A stretch of 64,000 nt of DNA from Dicyema japonicum (taxonomy: Eukaryota > Animalia > Dicyemida): positions 175,145 to 239,144 of the forward strand of contig RDEW01000008.1 in assembly GCA_011109175.1 (NCBI GenBank), given 5' to 3'. The notes beneath the pieces were generated by a model. The model saw only the letters and a list, made by a program, of their open reading frames with translations, was not told the origin of the DNA and made no database searches. This document shows, piece after piece, positions 1 through 13,089 of the stretch. A program made the position numbers and the translations under genes. Each line of letters opens with the position of its first letter. Within the stretch, counting starts at the first letter, position 1.

Positions 1-695
1 ATTGTCTTTTTCCTGTTGTACTGTAATATATTTTCTTTTATATTATATTAATGGATAATCAAGCAGTGTGAACACTGTTATTAAAATGTCTAAAATATAT
101 ATATTTTGATAACCTATAAATATGGATTATTCTCCACTATTTTGATTTTTTAAAATTATTGCCCAATTTTTTCTATCACTATTTTGAAATTTTATTGTAA
201 TTTTTTAGAAAATTAGCATGAATGCAAAAAAATTATGAGGATTCTTTGCTCTTCCGTACTTTGCTATGTTATTTCTTGACAAGTTTTGTTTATTTCACGG
301 TTCTTGAATTCCGTCGCTTTTATTCTGAATCCATTAAAATCAGCGGCATATGAATTAAGAAAACTTCGATGAAATTTTATTAGAATTCTTTTTTTTAAAT
401 CGGATTCATTAATTTTTAGGATTTTGTTTATTGCTCATATTGACATGTTGAATATTTTACTTAATTGTGTTTGCGTAATGTTTTTATTTTTTTATATTAA
501 AAACTTCGAGCTTTTTTTTGAAAACTATATGTTCTTCGATTGTTTTTTGCATTATTTTTACGTGCACACATCAAGCAAAATTCAAATAAATAGTTTTCGT
601 TAATATTATTTTCGTGAAAAATTGATTTTCTTAAGATTTTAGTAATTTATAAAAAAAAATTCGTCAATCCAAATTGAACGAAAATTTTGCCAAAT
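1..695 (-). mobile_element. pogo/Tigger-derived repeat (degenerate N-terminal HTH region); inverted copy of 49038-49716
   Basis: The reverse complement aligns along its length with 49038-49716. That copy reads KLKVFNIKNKNITQTQLSKIFNMSIGTINKILR, a psq/CENP-B-like HTH, and then hits stops. Confidence 0.65.
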
Positions 696-1027
696 AGTTA
701 ATAAACAGAAATATACAGCGGCCACCTTGACTGCGTGGTTATTTCTGTTAAGATGGTGAGCCAGATTCGCTCAAATGGCCATTTGTTGAAATAAATTATA
801 TGACGATCCGTTGAGGAAGCTCGAGAACTAGCATCAAATCATTTGCTTAAAAAAATTTATTAGTATAGTTACAGACACTAAGAAAATGGTTAGGGTGTCC
901 AATGAAGAATACATATTTGCTTCTAATCAACTAGTAGAAGTGGCATGTTCAACATGTAGATGCTCTGGAAAGAAGTGACTGATTCAAGTATAGACATGGA
1001 TTGAAGATCGATTGGTGGTACTGTGAG

Positions 1028-1230
1028 GCTATTGGTCGGGAAAGTTAAGTTAATGGTCAGGAAAGTGACGCTTTGTCAAAAAAGTGACGCTATTGGTCAG
1101 GAAAGTGACTCTATTGGTCGGGAAAGTGACGTTAATAGTCAGGAAAGTGACGCTATTGGTCAGGAAAGTGACGCGATTGGTCAAGAAAGTGACGCTATTG
1201 ACCAGGAAAGTGACGTTAATGACCAGGAAA
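1028..1230. repeat. 21-bp minisatellite, about 10 units, consensus GCTATTGGTCAGGAAAGTGAC
   Basis: Units are directly visible. Unit 3 is 2 nt short, and the GTTAAT variant recurs at units 2, 6 and 10. Confidence 0.95.
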
Positions 1231-2229
1231 CCCCATATATAATTTAAAAATTTTTTAATATGGACAACCATATTAATAAAATTTATTATACACGTTATGA
1301 TTGTGTCTCTAGTGGGGCAATGTTGCTTTTGTATTTCTTTATATTAATATTTCTTCATAATTTAAAGTGGTAGATTTATCAAACTATTATCAAATAATCC
1401 TTTGATACCTCATTTCATTACAGTGCTTTTAATTATGAAGAATTTATATAGAACGTACTGATATATTTTAAATTTTGTCAATTCTCTCCCATTTTGAGTT
1501 TGTAAATTGTGATTGGTCCAAAAAATGAAGATAAATATTACAAACAACACTGCCCTATTCCTTGAAACATCATTGTGATACCAAGCAAAACTATTTTTCC
1601 GCGTTTGTTCTAATTATTATATGTATTTGCTCCAATTTATTTTATTATCGTTCGCGTTTGTTCTAATTTATTCTATAAATTTCTTATTTCTTCTTATATC
1701 CACGATTGCTTTCCTCCACAAGTTGAAATGTTGGGATAAACATGTTAAGGATACATTTCAATGTTTTATATGATCCTTTAATTTACCCATTGCTTTATTA
1801 TACGGGCCTTGATATCCTTGGAGACACTCTTTACTGCGGAAGATCGTTTATTCATTTTGGAGTCTTAATTTTGTTTTATATTATTATAACGAAAGTACAT
1901 TTCTGTGACATTATTAGCTTTATCCTCCAATTCACATCATCTTGCTTTTCACTACTTGCCATATTCAGTGGAGATTACGTCAGAATGAGCATGATCCGTT
2001 AAAATTATTCGCAAGGTTGATTCCTATGAAATTGAGGGAATTATATTCTACAAAATTTCTATTATTTCAAAAATAATGTTAACTGGTGGATGGGAAAAGT
2101 TTCGCAATATAAAAAAATTTCATCATTCGAACAGTGACTATTTCATACAATTCCAATACATTCCAAATAATAGAAAGAAGCTGACTGATGGCTCAATTAA
2201 TTGTTTAATGCCAGCAGAAATATATTTTG

Positions 2230-2790
2230 ATTATTCCTAGTTTTCTTGAGTAACTTCGGAGATGCAGTCGATTAAATTAAAATTTATTTCTTGTCGCATG
2301 TCATAACTTCTCTCATAACTTTCAAACCATCCTTGGAAGCCATAAATCAAGAATGGTTCTATACAAGCTGTATACACATAAAGAAAAGTTTCCGGACTCA
2401 ATTGAAAACGTAGAAGAGATTTCAACATTGCCGTAGCTTTTTTTCTTCATTTTCTTGATATAATTAATGAACGAGCCCTTTAAGTTCACACGAACACCAG
2501 ATATTGTGACTGTTCCATGCATTTGATCGCTCCAGTATCAATAAAAAATCTTTGATTTGTTCTTGTAATTCACAATCCATGAAGCAGTACATTTTTTCAA
2601 GAGATAAAGATAAACCTTCATCTCGGCATCAACATTTAAATTATTTCTACATGTGTCGAAACACGTTTCCAGGAAATCGATCTATTAATACTAAGATCGA
2701 GCAAAAGAATATCATCGGCATGTATTAACATTTTCGAATTTAGGTGTTCAAACTTCGGGATGTCACACATAAAGCAATTGAATAAATAGA
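2230..2790 (-). mobile_element. degenerate LINE RT 3' fragment (related to the 35.7-39.1 kb element)
   Basis: Reverse strand reads MLIHADDILLLD (YADD-like) and VYTACIEPFLIYGFQGW (post-RT YxxxxxPxxxYgxxxW), with frameshifts. Confidence 0.7.
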
Positions 2791-2794
2791 GTAT

Positions 2795-2880
2795 TCGCTA
2801 ACCAACGCTTTAGCGTTTGATTTTAGCGTTCCACCTGCCCTTGTGATTGAGGGTGTCTTGGTCTCGCCGTTATCCCCCGA
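2795..2880 (-). mobile_element. rve-type integrase fragment (Ginger/Gypsy-like)
   Basis: Reverse strand reads GITARPRHPQSQGQVER*NQTLKRWLA, the motif around the catalytic E of the DDE integrase. Confidence 0.7.
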
Positions 2881-2914
2881 TCACATAATAATGTTGAAAC
2901 TTCAGTGTTACAAA

Positions 2915-3100
2915 ACTCTTTTTCAACCTTTTATTACGCTTAATCGCTTTATTGACTCAAAATAATTTTTTTTGTTTTTGAAGAAACAAGGGACCGATTT
3001 TTCGACCTCGTCTATTTTCGACCCTTTTCACGCTTAATCGATTTATTGACTCAAAATAATTTTTTTTGTTTTTAAGGAAAGAACATGGGACCGATATTTG
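2915..3100. repeat. about 95-bp imperfect tandem duplication
   Basis: ACGCTTAATCG(C/A)TTTATTGACTCAAAATAATTTTTTTTGTTTTT...GGGACCGAT occurs twice in tandem. Confidence 0.85.
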
Positions 3101-3184
3101 GAAGCAAAATTTAGTGGTTGTTAATGTTTTCAAGTGATAAATTTGTCGGACAGTATCAACAGCCCGGACGCTATCACATACGAC

Positions 3185-3300
3185 ATTTATTAACCCCGGA
3201 TACACCTAGAAAGAAGTTAAATTAAACAATTAATTAATAAGATGCCCATACTTGCAGTTGTGGAAAACCTTCCAGTGGAGTGGGGGAGAACAAATGAAAG
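3185..3300 (-). mobile_element. 3' terminal fragment of the stem-loop LINE family (5' arm of hairpin deleted)
   Basis: Matches 12610-12775 in reverse: CTCCCCCACTCCACTGGA...CCACAACTGCAA and CTTCTTTCT(A/C)GGTGTATCCGGGGTTAAT. Confidence 0.75.
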
Positions 3301-3819
3301 CAAATTTCATATCATTTTTGATGCGCAACGCCGGTCGGAAGTCGCCTTCAAATAGTTTGCGGTTCACTCTCTCCAAGTTTGTCCGGACCATTCAAATAAA
3401 CCGGAGGATTGGAAATCAGAATGTCTTGATTTCATTACTTCCGTCTTGGTAAGAGAATGCACATAGGAAACCTGGATGTTCTTCATTTTTGAAGAAAGGG
3501 AGTTCCCAAGTGAGCATGTAGTGTCCAGTTCTTGAGTGTAATTAATTTTTAAATATTGAGTTTGTGGTAGTAGGAAAATTTGAATATGTAATTTATTAAA
3601 ATTTTATAATATGCCGGCAATTATGAATGTAATTCCTATGTAATTGTTCGTATTAATAAGTTTTACGTCAGTTATGAGTTATAATAATAATTGATTTTAT
3701 TCATCATTTTATATTTACATATTATTTATCTACAAGTCAGTGAACGCTCACTCACTAGCCATTAACAAATTAATAGCACAGTAATGGAAATATGTGAATT
3801 TGTAAACCAGTAAGTGTCG

Positions 3820-4126
3820 ATCCTTTTGGGGGAATTAAACTCGAAAGATACCTCGTTTGGTTGTCGGGGACGAACAGAGACTGCATTGTTTTGAAGGATA
3901 TGTTTGCGTCTTCTGGGCTTTCCGTTGTGACGTCCTCGATTCTGAATCACTTCTAAGTCACTATTCTCCATATGGGAATGGAGTTAATATCGGAATCTGT
4001 TCATCAATTTTTGGTGATATTAGTAGTGATCATCTACCAATCCTTTGTAAACTCAGCCTAACTCCTTTACAGATCAAGTCTGCTCCAGTAGGCTATGATC
4101 TGACTAGTATAAACTGCGACCATTAA
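3820..4126 (+). mobile_element. degenerate APE endonuclease fragment of a LINE
   Basis: GELNSKDTSFGCRGRT (GDxN-like) followed by SSDHLPIL, the C-terminal SDH motif of APE. Confidence 0.55.
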
Positions 4127-4235
4127 CAAAAAAGGATTGCTATATATTTGGAACGTTTTGGGAATTTTTGTAATCCGAAAATTTGTATGTCACAATGTAC
4201 AGTGAATTCCCTCTAATTGGCCAATTCTCAAATAA

Positions 4236-4496
4236 CAGGACACACACTTTATTTAAGTAAAGAACAGTTAATTTTAACTAATCCTAGAATCAAAGAATGA
4301 TCCTCACTTCTTTTTTCCTTTTTCTTGTGTGTAGGTCCTTTCTAGACAATCCAGTTCCGCAGTGAGCATCCTCTGATGACGGCGTCAATCTTCAAACCCT
4401 TTTAGCGGAACCTTCCACCAGGTGAACAGCAGCGAGAATCGAACCCGTAATTTAAGTCACTTTAGCCCGACACCTAACCACTATGCCACCCGGCTC
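4236..4496 (-). mobile_element. tRNA-derived SINE copy
   Basis: Reverse complement has A box TGGCATAGTGG and B box GGTTCGATTCT, and the body aligns to the 27743-28060 copy. Confidence 0.9.
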
Positions 4497-4849
4497 GTCC
4501 ATATTGAAATCATCTAAAATTATATTCCTTCAAAAAGAGATGCAAATCGTCAAAATTTCCTGAGCTTGATACTATGATATTAGAATGGATGGATTTGATG
4601 GATTCTAATGGTATTTTTAATTTGTTTATGTTGCTGAAAATTTATCAATTAGTGATTTCAAGAATTCTAAAAAAATTTATTACATAATTAAAAAAGACAT
4701 GGTTTTTGAATAAAGAAATGATAACTGACACAGACCTGACCTAAAAGGATTTGAGAAGACTTTTAAGAAATTTCCAAACATTATAAAGAAGGCGAAAATT
4801 ACAATATGGACGAGATAGGGCTTTATCATAAACTGATTACCTCCATATA

Positions 4850-5820
4850 ATAATAATAACACCAGAGACCACGGTTACACAAACTAACTAATCACTTGAT
4901 CCCAGCACGTTCTAGCAGAGACCTCGTCTTAGCCCGATGCTCCTCCCTCGTCCCTACACAAGCACGTATTGGTCGAGTGACTGGAACTTCGCAGTCACGA
5001 CGGCGTGTTCCGTGGTTCATTCTTATCAAGGCTTCAAAAGGCATTAGTGGTTGGAGTTCTACAGGAATCCAGCGTACCGTGAATTTGGAGGCTCTTCTCT
5101 GGCTAGCCTCGATCTTCAAGACATTCGTCCAAGAGATCAGTGGACCCCATATACCACATGCATAAGAGATGCATGGTTCTATGAATTGTTTATATATATT
5201 GCTCAAAACAGAATGCTTTCCGATCTTCCATAAGCATGTGAGACATTTCAGAACATTAGTTTTCTTTCGCATTTCGTAATTACGTTTTCAACATGGGGAG
5301 CGAATGACATATGTATGTCAAAAGTCACCCCAAGAATCCTTTGGGATTTTCTGAAAGGAATAGCTTCCTTGATTGTTTTCCTTCAGTTCGACCGTCCGTC
5401 TTCCCAGTCTCTTGTCTGAAGTAAATAGGGTTGTGACGGACTTTTCGCTGCTAGTAGTTAGGCGATTCTTCGATAGCCATTTGTCAAGACGGTACATATT
5501 TTCTTGCAATTTCGAGATGGCAATTTGGATGTCCTGATCGCGTGACGCAATGACGATGTCGTCGGCATAAGTTAGAATAACATCATTTTTGGAGTCTGGA
5601 GTAGGGAGGTTGAATAAAACTGGAGACAAAAAGGATCCTTGGGGAACCCCATTAGGGAGAAGCCGTGAAATAGATTTTGACTGTCAAATGCAGACGCGTC
5701 CGCTCCGACCACTAAGGAAGTTAGCTAGCCAGAGTTTGAGCTTTCCAGGGATCTTTGTTGGTAAATTTTCCAAGTAAGAATTCTCCTTGACACAGAGTAG
5801 AAAGCCTTGTGGACGTCTAT
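4850..5820 (-). mobile_element. 5'-truncated APE-type LINE (RT and C-terminus), same family as 13090-14625
   Basis: GVPQGSFLSPVLFNL, YADDIV, YKQFIEPCISYACGIW. The C-terminus VGTREEHRAKTRSLLERAGIK* aligns with VGTMEDHRRRMAQVIAKTGIT* at 14558. Confidence 0.85.
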
Positions 5821-6660
5821 AAATTGGCTTTAAACTGATTATTTTGATAAAAAATAATATTTTACTTTAGTGGTTTTATAAATAAATTTTTTTTAATTTC
5901 CCAAATTGGCCGAATATAGTTCAGGAACAATTTTGGGCCAATTTAAGGGACTTGACTGTATTTATATTTTTTAAAATCCAGGTAGCGGATTTATATTTTT
6001 TTAAAATGATTTTTTAAATTGATTAGTGGCGTTTTACGTATTTGTCATTTTAATTTTAGTAATATTGATTAGTGTAATTGAATTGTGAATTCTTTTAATT
6101 AATAATAGATTGGAAAATGTATCTTTCGAACAATTCAGTTGATCAATTTTTGACAGGTAACATAGATACGTAACAATAATGTAAGAAACTTTCATTAAGG
6201 GTGAAGCAAGAATGCTCATGATTTAAATGCCTATCCAGAGTTTTTTGAACAATGCACAGTGATTAGCCCTGAGCTACGCACAGCTCGCATTTGTAAATGT
6301 GGAGGATAGGCATGCATAACGAAGATGATCTAATTTTTTTGATCGCCTCAACGCCTCTCGTGATCTCACTCCATGTTTTTGGGGTTTCTAAGGAAAAGAC
6401 ATGTCCAACTTTTCTCCAGAAAACACCGCTAAAGGCTGCGATTGTGATCCATGCAGGTAGTAGGAGCTGACTAGTGGGGCGAGCTAATATTGATTTCTCC
6501 ATAATAATGAAATGGTAATTTTGTCAAAAAAATTTCAATAATTTCCTAATAGATGAACTCAATATCGTATTAATTGTCTTCAAGAGGTACGTCCGTAGAG
6601 AGAATTTGTAAGACACGAAACAGTCCATAAAGAAAAAAGGAATGAAGCGTTAGATGGAAG

Positions 6661-6957
6661 GGTACTTTTGCGATGCATGCTTCACGAAATAAGGCTCTAA
6701 ATGAATTAATGAAATTTTTTGAAATATGTCATTGTTTCTATGCAGCGTGATGTTCGGTGGACAATATCTAACGATCGCATTTATTAATTCATCAAAGTAG
6801 TTGTCCAAATGGCTCACTTGCCTTGTCCACAAATTCTACAAAATAAGTCGGAGTATTTAAACCATAAAATTGTTTCTCTGTCGAAGCTCCACATGTATAT
6901 GACAAGAATACATTCATTTAGAGCCTTCTTTCGTGAAGCATGTATTGCAAAAGTACC
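6661..6957. mobile_element. 297-bp MITE with 46-bp TIRs starting GG and near-perfect 8-bp TSD (Merlin-like)
   Basis: 6661-6706 and the reverse complement of 6912-6957 differ at 3 positions. Flanks are GATGGAAG and AATGGAAG. Confidence 0.75.
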
Positions 6958-8249
6958 AATGGAAGTTCAGTAGGAAAAAAAGTGGAGTGTGCGTATCAAA
7001 AAGGGTTTTTTTGGTTTGTTTCTTAATAAACTGACTTATTTTTTATATTGCAATATAAAATTAAAAAAGAATCTATAATGAGTCAAATAAAATATAATTT
7101 ATTTAATTATATTAATCAAAATTTATATTTTTAAATAGTTAATAAAATACATTTTACACGTTGTAGTCACTTCCTGTGGTGGTATTTTTTATATTTGTCT
7201 ATATCATTATTTCTTCACTATTGAAAATGCAGGATATATCAAAATTTTATTAATAATACTTTGATTCATCAATACATTATGTTTTTTTTCAATTATGAAG
7301 AAATTTTGTTAATGACAACTTATTGCAGTAATTTCATTATGCCCTTTTATTAATTCCTTCATTATCAATGTATTCATATTCAAAAAATCCTCAAATTTTA
7401 AAATATCGAAGATCCATCAGTCACTTATCCTTTCCTCGGTTACACATGCCAATCTAATGTCCGCTCTCTTTGTTTCTTCGTAGAACTATTATTCTCAATC
7501 TTCAATAACCATTATGCCATGCTTCCACAACCTATTTTTAACATCTTTTACTGGAAAAGATTGGAAAACTGGACAACCTTAGTCCTTGTAAATCTATTAG
7601 CTCTCCAAAATCAAGCCATGAACTCACTTGCGTCATTTTGTTTTTTCACATCACATGAATCCAATTGCCTGAATAATTCGTCTATTTCAATCTCGGTCTC
7701 ATTTCATCATCTAATATTGTAATCATTTAAAATTCAAATTTAGAGAAAAACATGAAGATATCAAATATTTTAAGATTTCAGTAAATCTTTCTACTTTTCC
7801 TTGTACCCAGGACATCGTTTGTCCGAAATTTTGTTTATAGAAATTTTGTTATTTACAAATTCTGAATAAATGCCCTAAATTAACATCATATTGTGCACAT
7901 GTATGAACATTTGAATAATAATCAACAAGATTTCATTACAGCACGTTGTTGTCGAGACGAGTGAAGTCTCCTGGCCCAAGACGGACTCTTCTAAGATCAC
8001 TTGGGTCAGTGATTTCGAAAGTTAGCAATGAGCGTCGAGAAAATGTATGGTTGTTCCAAGGGATTTCTCTGACATTCTTCAGGGGTAACAGCCATTTTTT
8101 CCTATCAGCTGGATTATTTTGATTTTCTTTTTCGCAAAAATTGTTTTCCATTAAAAGATAACAAAAAGTAAACAATTTGTGTAAATATTGAATTTCAATT
8201 GGGTTTTATAAAACAACCCTATTTCCCTTAGATCAGGAATTAGTTTAGT

Positions 8250-11200
8250 TAGTTTAAATCTTCTTAGCGTAGCCTTAAAAGAGTTTCGCCAACATCCTCG
8301 ACCACGCCATTTTGTTTCTGGCCCTCATTCGAACATCATCCAGGTCGTCTGCTGTCACAATGTACGACCGATTGTCTCGGAATCATCTTTTAAGCAAACT
8401 GGAAGTTTATTTCTTGGTCTGTTTCGAAATCCGTGACTTCCGGCGCAGTAGAAGTATTCTTCCATAGTCGGGTCCAATCTGAGAATATGTCCAAATAGTT
8501 GCCATTTCTATAGAATAACGTCCATGCTAATTGGTGTAGATTTACATAGAGCATATACATTCCCGTGAAAATGTTACCTACAGGGTCAATAATTCATAAG
8601 ATAAGCGAAAATGTTACTTTTTGATAATTTTTATTATTTTAAAAAACAAATATGCTTTTTAAATTTTAGCCAACCTAATTTTATCTTTTTATTTCATCCC
8701 TTAAAAATGGGATTTTTCAACTTTTTATTTTTAACGAAAACTAACCCGTGCATGTTACCGCCACTTTACTCAAAATTCAAGATAAACCGAGATTTTGTTA
8801 AAAAATTGTAAAATTAATATTTAGAAGTTCCTCCTTTATTGCAAATAACTTCGTCAATTCGTTTAGGCATGGATTTGTATAATAATTGTATATATTCATT
8901 GTCCATACTGTTCCAAATATTTTGAGCGGTTATCCACAGTTCTGAAACTTTTTTTGGAATGTTATCCTATATTTTTGATTTTAGATAACTCCAACAATTT
9001 TCAATAATATTCAGGTCTGGAGATTGTAGAGGCCAATTTTCTAAAACTGTGATCTCCTTGTTTTGGAGTTATTCTTTTGTAGACTTTGAAGTATGTGAAG
9101 GAGCACCATCTTGTTCTAAAAAGTATCATTTTTGATAAATTTCAACAAGTCCTTCAGAAAGAATTCGTTGATATTTAACAGAATTAACATTTCCAGTGCA
9201 TAAAACTAGCACTCGTTTTCCATCATTTCTAATTGCACCCCAAACCATAATAGAGGGTGAATATTTAATTGTCCCAGTTGTATACTTTGTTTCAAATCGA
9301 GATCCTGGAGGTCTTCTAACATTCTCTCGATTCGCGAATCAATGAAATCCGACACTCATCGCTGAAAATTACATTTTTCCATTCGAAGAGTATTTTAGTT
9401 TTGCACCACAATTTTCTTTTTTTTGAGGCTCAGTAAGCAACGGTTTTTTGACAGCTGCTCGTCCGAAAAGATTATTTTAACGTAATATTCTTTTTACAGT
9501 ATCATTACTGATAAGATGAGAAACATCACAGTCTGTTCGGATCTGATTAGATGTTTTTTGGATTGCACACAGAATTTCGGACAAAAATTTTGCATTTTTC
9601 TGCCCAGATTTAGGTCTATCATTGCAGTCATATCCTTCGATATAGCGCTTATGGATTTCACGAACTGTACTTCTGCCTATTCCGAGAGTGCTAGCAACTT
9701 TAGAAATCGAAGTCCCATTTTCAATAAAAAAAATATGATTTTATAACGATTTTCAACTGAAACACGTGTCATTTAACGTTTTTTTAATTTTGTTGTTTTA
9801 GAGAATTTAAAAATAAAATAATTACTACTTGACTTCAGATATATCTAATTCCTTTAGATGCCGGTAACATTTGCACGGCTTAATTATCATTAAAAAATAG
9901 TGGAAAAATCCCATTTAAGGGATGAAATAAAAAAAATAAAATATTGATTAGGTTGGCTAAAATTTAAAAAGCATATTTGCTTTTTAGAGTAATAAAAATT
10001 ATCAAATGAAAGTAACATTTTTGCTTATCTTATGAATTACTTGACCCTGGCGGTAACATTGCACGGGACTGTAATTTTTCGTTTGAGATTTTTATCGGCC
10101 AGAAGATTCCAGTCAGTATGCGCAGTTGACTTCTGTGGAAAGTTTATAGCCTTTCAAAATTGTTTTTCGAGGTTCCCCATGTTCTGGAATTGTATATCAG
10201 TATTGGCTTGATAAACGTGTCGTATAATCTGACACGTAGTTTCAGTGAAACACGTCTTTTTCTATCCATATGTTGTACATTCTTTGAAGTATATGGTTAT
10301 CACCACATTCCTTTGACAAATATCTTCGGGGTCTCCTAGTAGTGAGCCGTGTTTTTTTGTCCAGAGTTCGTCATTTTTTGACTTGGCTCGTTCGATTAGT
10401 GTGTAGTCCATTTTTGTAATATTTATGTGCAGATCCCATTTATTTAAAGAGTTTAGGCTTGGACTAAAACTCAGTCAAGTTGGCTATTCTGGTCATTACA
10501 CACAAAGTTTACATTATCCGCGTATAACAATTCAATTGTATCTTCGTATTTAGAACCCATTTCCTTTCTCAGCTCCCTGAGGGCAGCTTCGAGGTATATG
10601 ATGAATAAAACTTGGGTTAAGGAATCACCTTGTGGAGTTCCCATGTTGATGCTGAAACTCTTTAAATGGTTAGTTCCTATTTTCATGGATAGACCAGCTT
10701 CAGAAAATAATAGACTTATCAGGCAGTCCTCGTCATGCTGTTCCTGTAAATACCCATGAGTTTTTCTCTGTTGATGCTGTCAAAAGCCTTCGTTAGATCA
10801 ATTCTTAGGATATAAATGACTTTCCTGTAGTTGTGACATATTGATGTCAGCCATCGATGACTCCACTCGATATCTTCTAAACCCACTTTGACTTTGGGAA
10901 ATGTATTTTTCCACTGGCTCTCGGATACGGTTAACCACTATGATCGATAATGTCTTCCTGATAGTTGAGAGTAGAATAATAGGCCTTAATCAATCCAGCG
11001 ATCCCTCTTTTTTCCCAGGTTTGTGTATCGGAATTAAGACTTCATGTCCTAATAAAAGTGAACAGTGAAGTTCCATCGACTCGTATAACCGGAGCATGTT
11101 TTAGTATCTCGCTCTGTGATGCCATCATAGCCAGCTGAACGATTGTCTTTTAGGTGTATGAATGCATTTGTTTTTTCCTTTATTGTAATTTTTTGTAAGA

Positions 11201-12460
11201 TGTCTTGGATTTCCAATAAATTTAGGTATATTCACCCCCAACTGAATTAAACTGTACCTCGAAGTGTTTGGCAATATGGTTTGCTTTATCCTCTGGGTTT
11301 TGTAAATAATGACCCGCGTTGTCGCAGATTTTCAGCAGCTTTTTCGCAGTTCCTCGTGTAAGTAATTTAACAGGGAAAACATTCGTCTTCCATACTGACA
11401 GTTTTCAATTTCAGTCGCCTTATCGTCCAAATATTTGTGCCTAATGTCATTCGACCGTTTTTTATCAAATATGATATTTGATTACGTTTTTTCTTTAATG
11501 CACTTTTATTCGAATTTTAACTTCCCAGTTTTGAACGTATTTCCTTCTGCAGTTCCGACAATTCTCTTATTACGGGGTCATGAATAACTATTCCGGTCTT
11601 TTTCCTGGTATCCAACAGTCTCTGTCGCCGACAGTGTTAAGATATCCAGTCGAAGGGGTGCTACTGGTTTAAACATCCCGCAACCGTTTAGAGACATTTT
11701 GTTGGTATCTCTTTTTCCGAGTGTCAAAAGTCAACAATTCCACAGCCATACGTTATTTAGAGTTACTCTTTTTCTTTACTCCTTCAATTCCGAAGTATCG
11801 TTTAGGATTTAATCTGGCCACTGTCAGTTATAGTCCTTCCATAACTCATAGAGTCTGACAACAGTCTCTTTAAAGAGATTGGGCAGATAATATAATCAAT
11901 TTGGTTATAAATATACGTGTTATCGCCGTCTTTGGACTTTCTTGTGCCAACCCAGGTGGTTTTGTGCTTTGCAGGGTATTCAAACGTGGTTTTGCATAGA
12001 TACAAATTTGATGAATTACAAAAATCAACGATAGAGTGTCCAGAGAGATTTCGATATCCTCTGCCATGTTTTCCCATTTCTTAATCCTTCTCATGTCTGC
12101 TTTAGCATTCCAATCACCACAGAAGAACGTTAGTGTAGATTTATGAATTTGCATATGTGTTTTCAACAGGATTTTGTAAAACTCGTCCAACTCGTCCATA
12201 TTTCTTGAAACTCTGCCCATGTGCGGAACATATAGTTGATAACAGTCATCATAGTATTGTTCGTGGGCGATAAACGGAATTGCATTACTGCCACACGATC
12301 ATTGGCTCCATACTTTATACACGTAGTTGATTAGGTTCCAGTTGATTGCAGAACCAAAACCGTAGTGACGATTGTCTGATGGGAGTAAGATATCCTGTAG
12401 TTTCTAAATGGTTCTTCGTCTCCAAGAGCATTATTTGTCTCTTGTAAGCAGCTATTTAAA
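8250..12460 (-). mobile_element. degenerate RTE-clade LINE, interrupted by a Tc1 element at 8558-10071
   Basis: CLQET, CGDWNAK, IYNQIDYII, GTPQGDSL, LYADNV and WQLFGHILRL motifs. Removing the Tc1 and one TA restores the reading KISNEK-LYALCKS. Confidence 0.9.
8558..10071 (-). mobile_element. Tc1 IR/DR DNA transposon, 1514 bp, pseudogenised DD34E transposase (about 8810-9745)
   Basis: TIRs of about 206-212 bp carry internal direct repeats CCCGTGCA(A)TGTTACCGCCA, and the TSD is TA. Protein motifs: ISKVASTLGIGRSTV (HTH), IFSDE, EQDGAPSH, QSPDLNIIENCW, with in-frame stops. Confidence 0.92.
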
Positions 12461-12790
12461 TAGTCGCGTGGCGCCATGTGGTGCTTCGTGGCTAATTGGT
12501 TGAAGTTTCAGTTTTGTTTTCTCTGTCCTCCTCTTTCTTCCTATTAGAGTGGCGTCATGTGATCCAACTGTCTAGGTGGCGCCCACTGCCAGGCCGGTAC
12601 GAAAAAGGATCATTTGCTCTCCCCCACTCCACTGGAGTGGTTTCCACAACTGCAACTATGGACGTCTTTCACCCTTTGTGTTGATTCCGGATGGACTCTT
12701 TCTGTAAAAGTGGAAACTGGATACACTTAATTAGTTGTTTACTTTAACTTCTTTCTCGGTGTATCCGGGGTTAATTAATGATAATAATGT
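12460..12790 (+). mobile_element. 3' end of a divergent member of the stem-loop LINE family
   Basis: A frame ending ...SVKVETGYT* is followed by the terminal hairpin (12717-12768), GGGG and an AT-rich tail. Confidence 0.7.
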
Positions 12791-13089
12791 AAGCAGCAGA
12801 TATTAATTTTGTAACGTGACAGATCTTCAGATAGTTGTTCCCTCTTGCTTAGAGATGAGAGGCCTCGAACTAAGAGTTTGAATTTTAGCATGATAAATAC
12901 ATTTTTTCCAAAGAAAAACAGAAGCACGTCACCACTTCAACCAACAAGTTTATTAAAAAAATTTAATAGATCAAGAATTATTGTTAATTGCGACAAATTA
13001 ATATTATTATTAAAAAACACTTTCATAATTGCGCCAAAAACTCCATATATTAATAACTCCGGTTAGTGTGGATTTTGAATGTTAGCGTG

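Larger units (their letters stand above)
4200..5958. mobile_element. Tc1/pogo-type MITE with nested SINE and LINE insertions
   Basis: Left TIR CAGTGAATTCCCTCTAATTGGCC (4200-4222) and the reverse complement of the right TIR, CAGTCAAGTCCCTTAAATTGGCC (5936-5958), match at 19/23. TA flanks both ends. Confidence 0.7.

Noticed and set aside
1028-1230. CRISPR array
   Set aside because: Units are contiguous with no unique spacers, there are no cas genes, and the context is eukaryotic.
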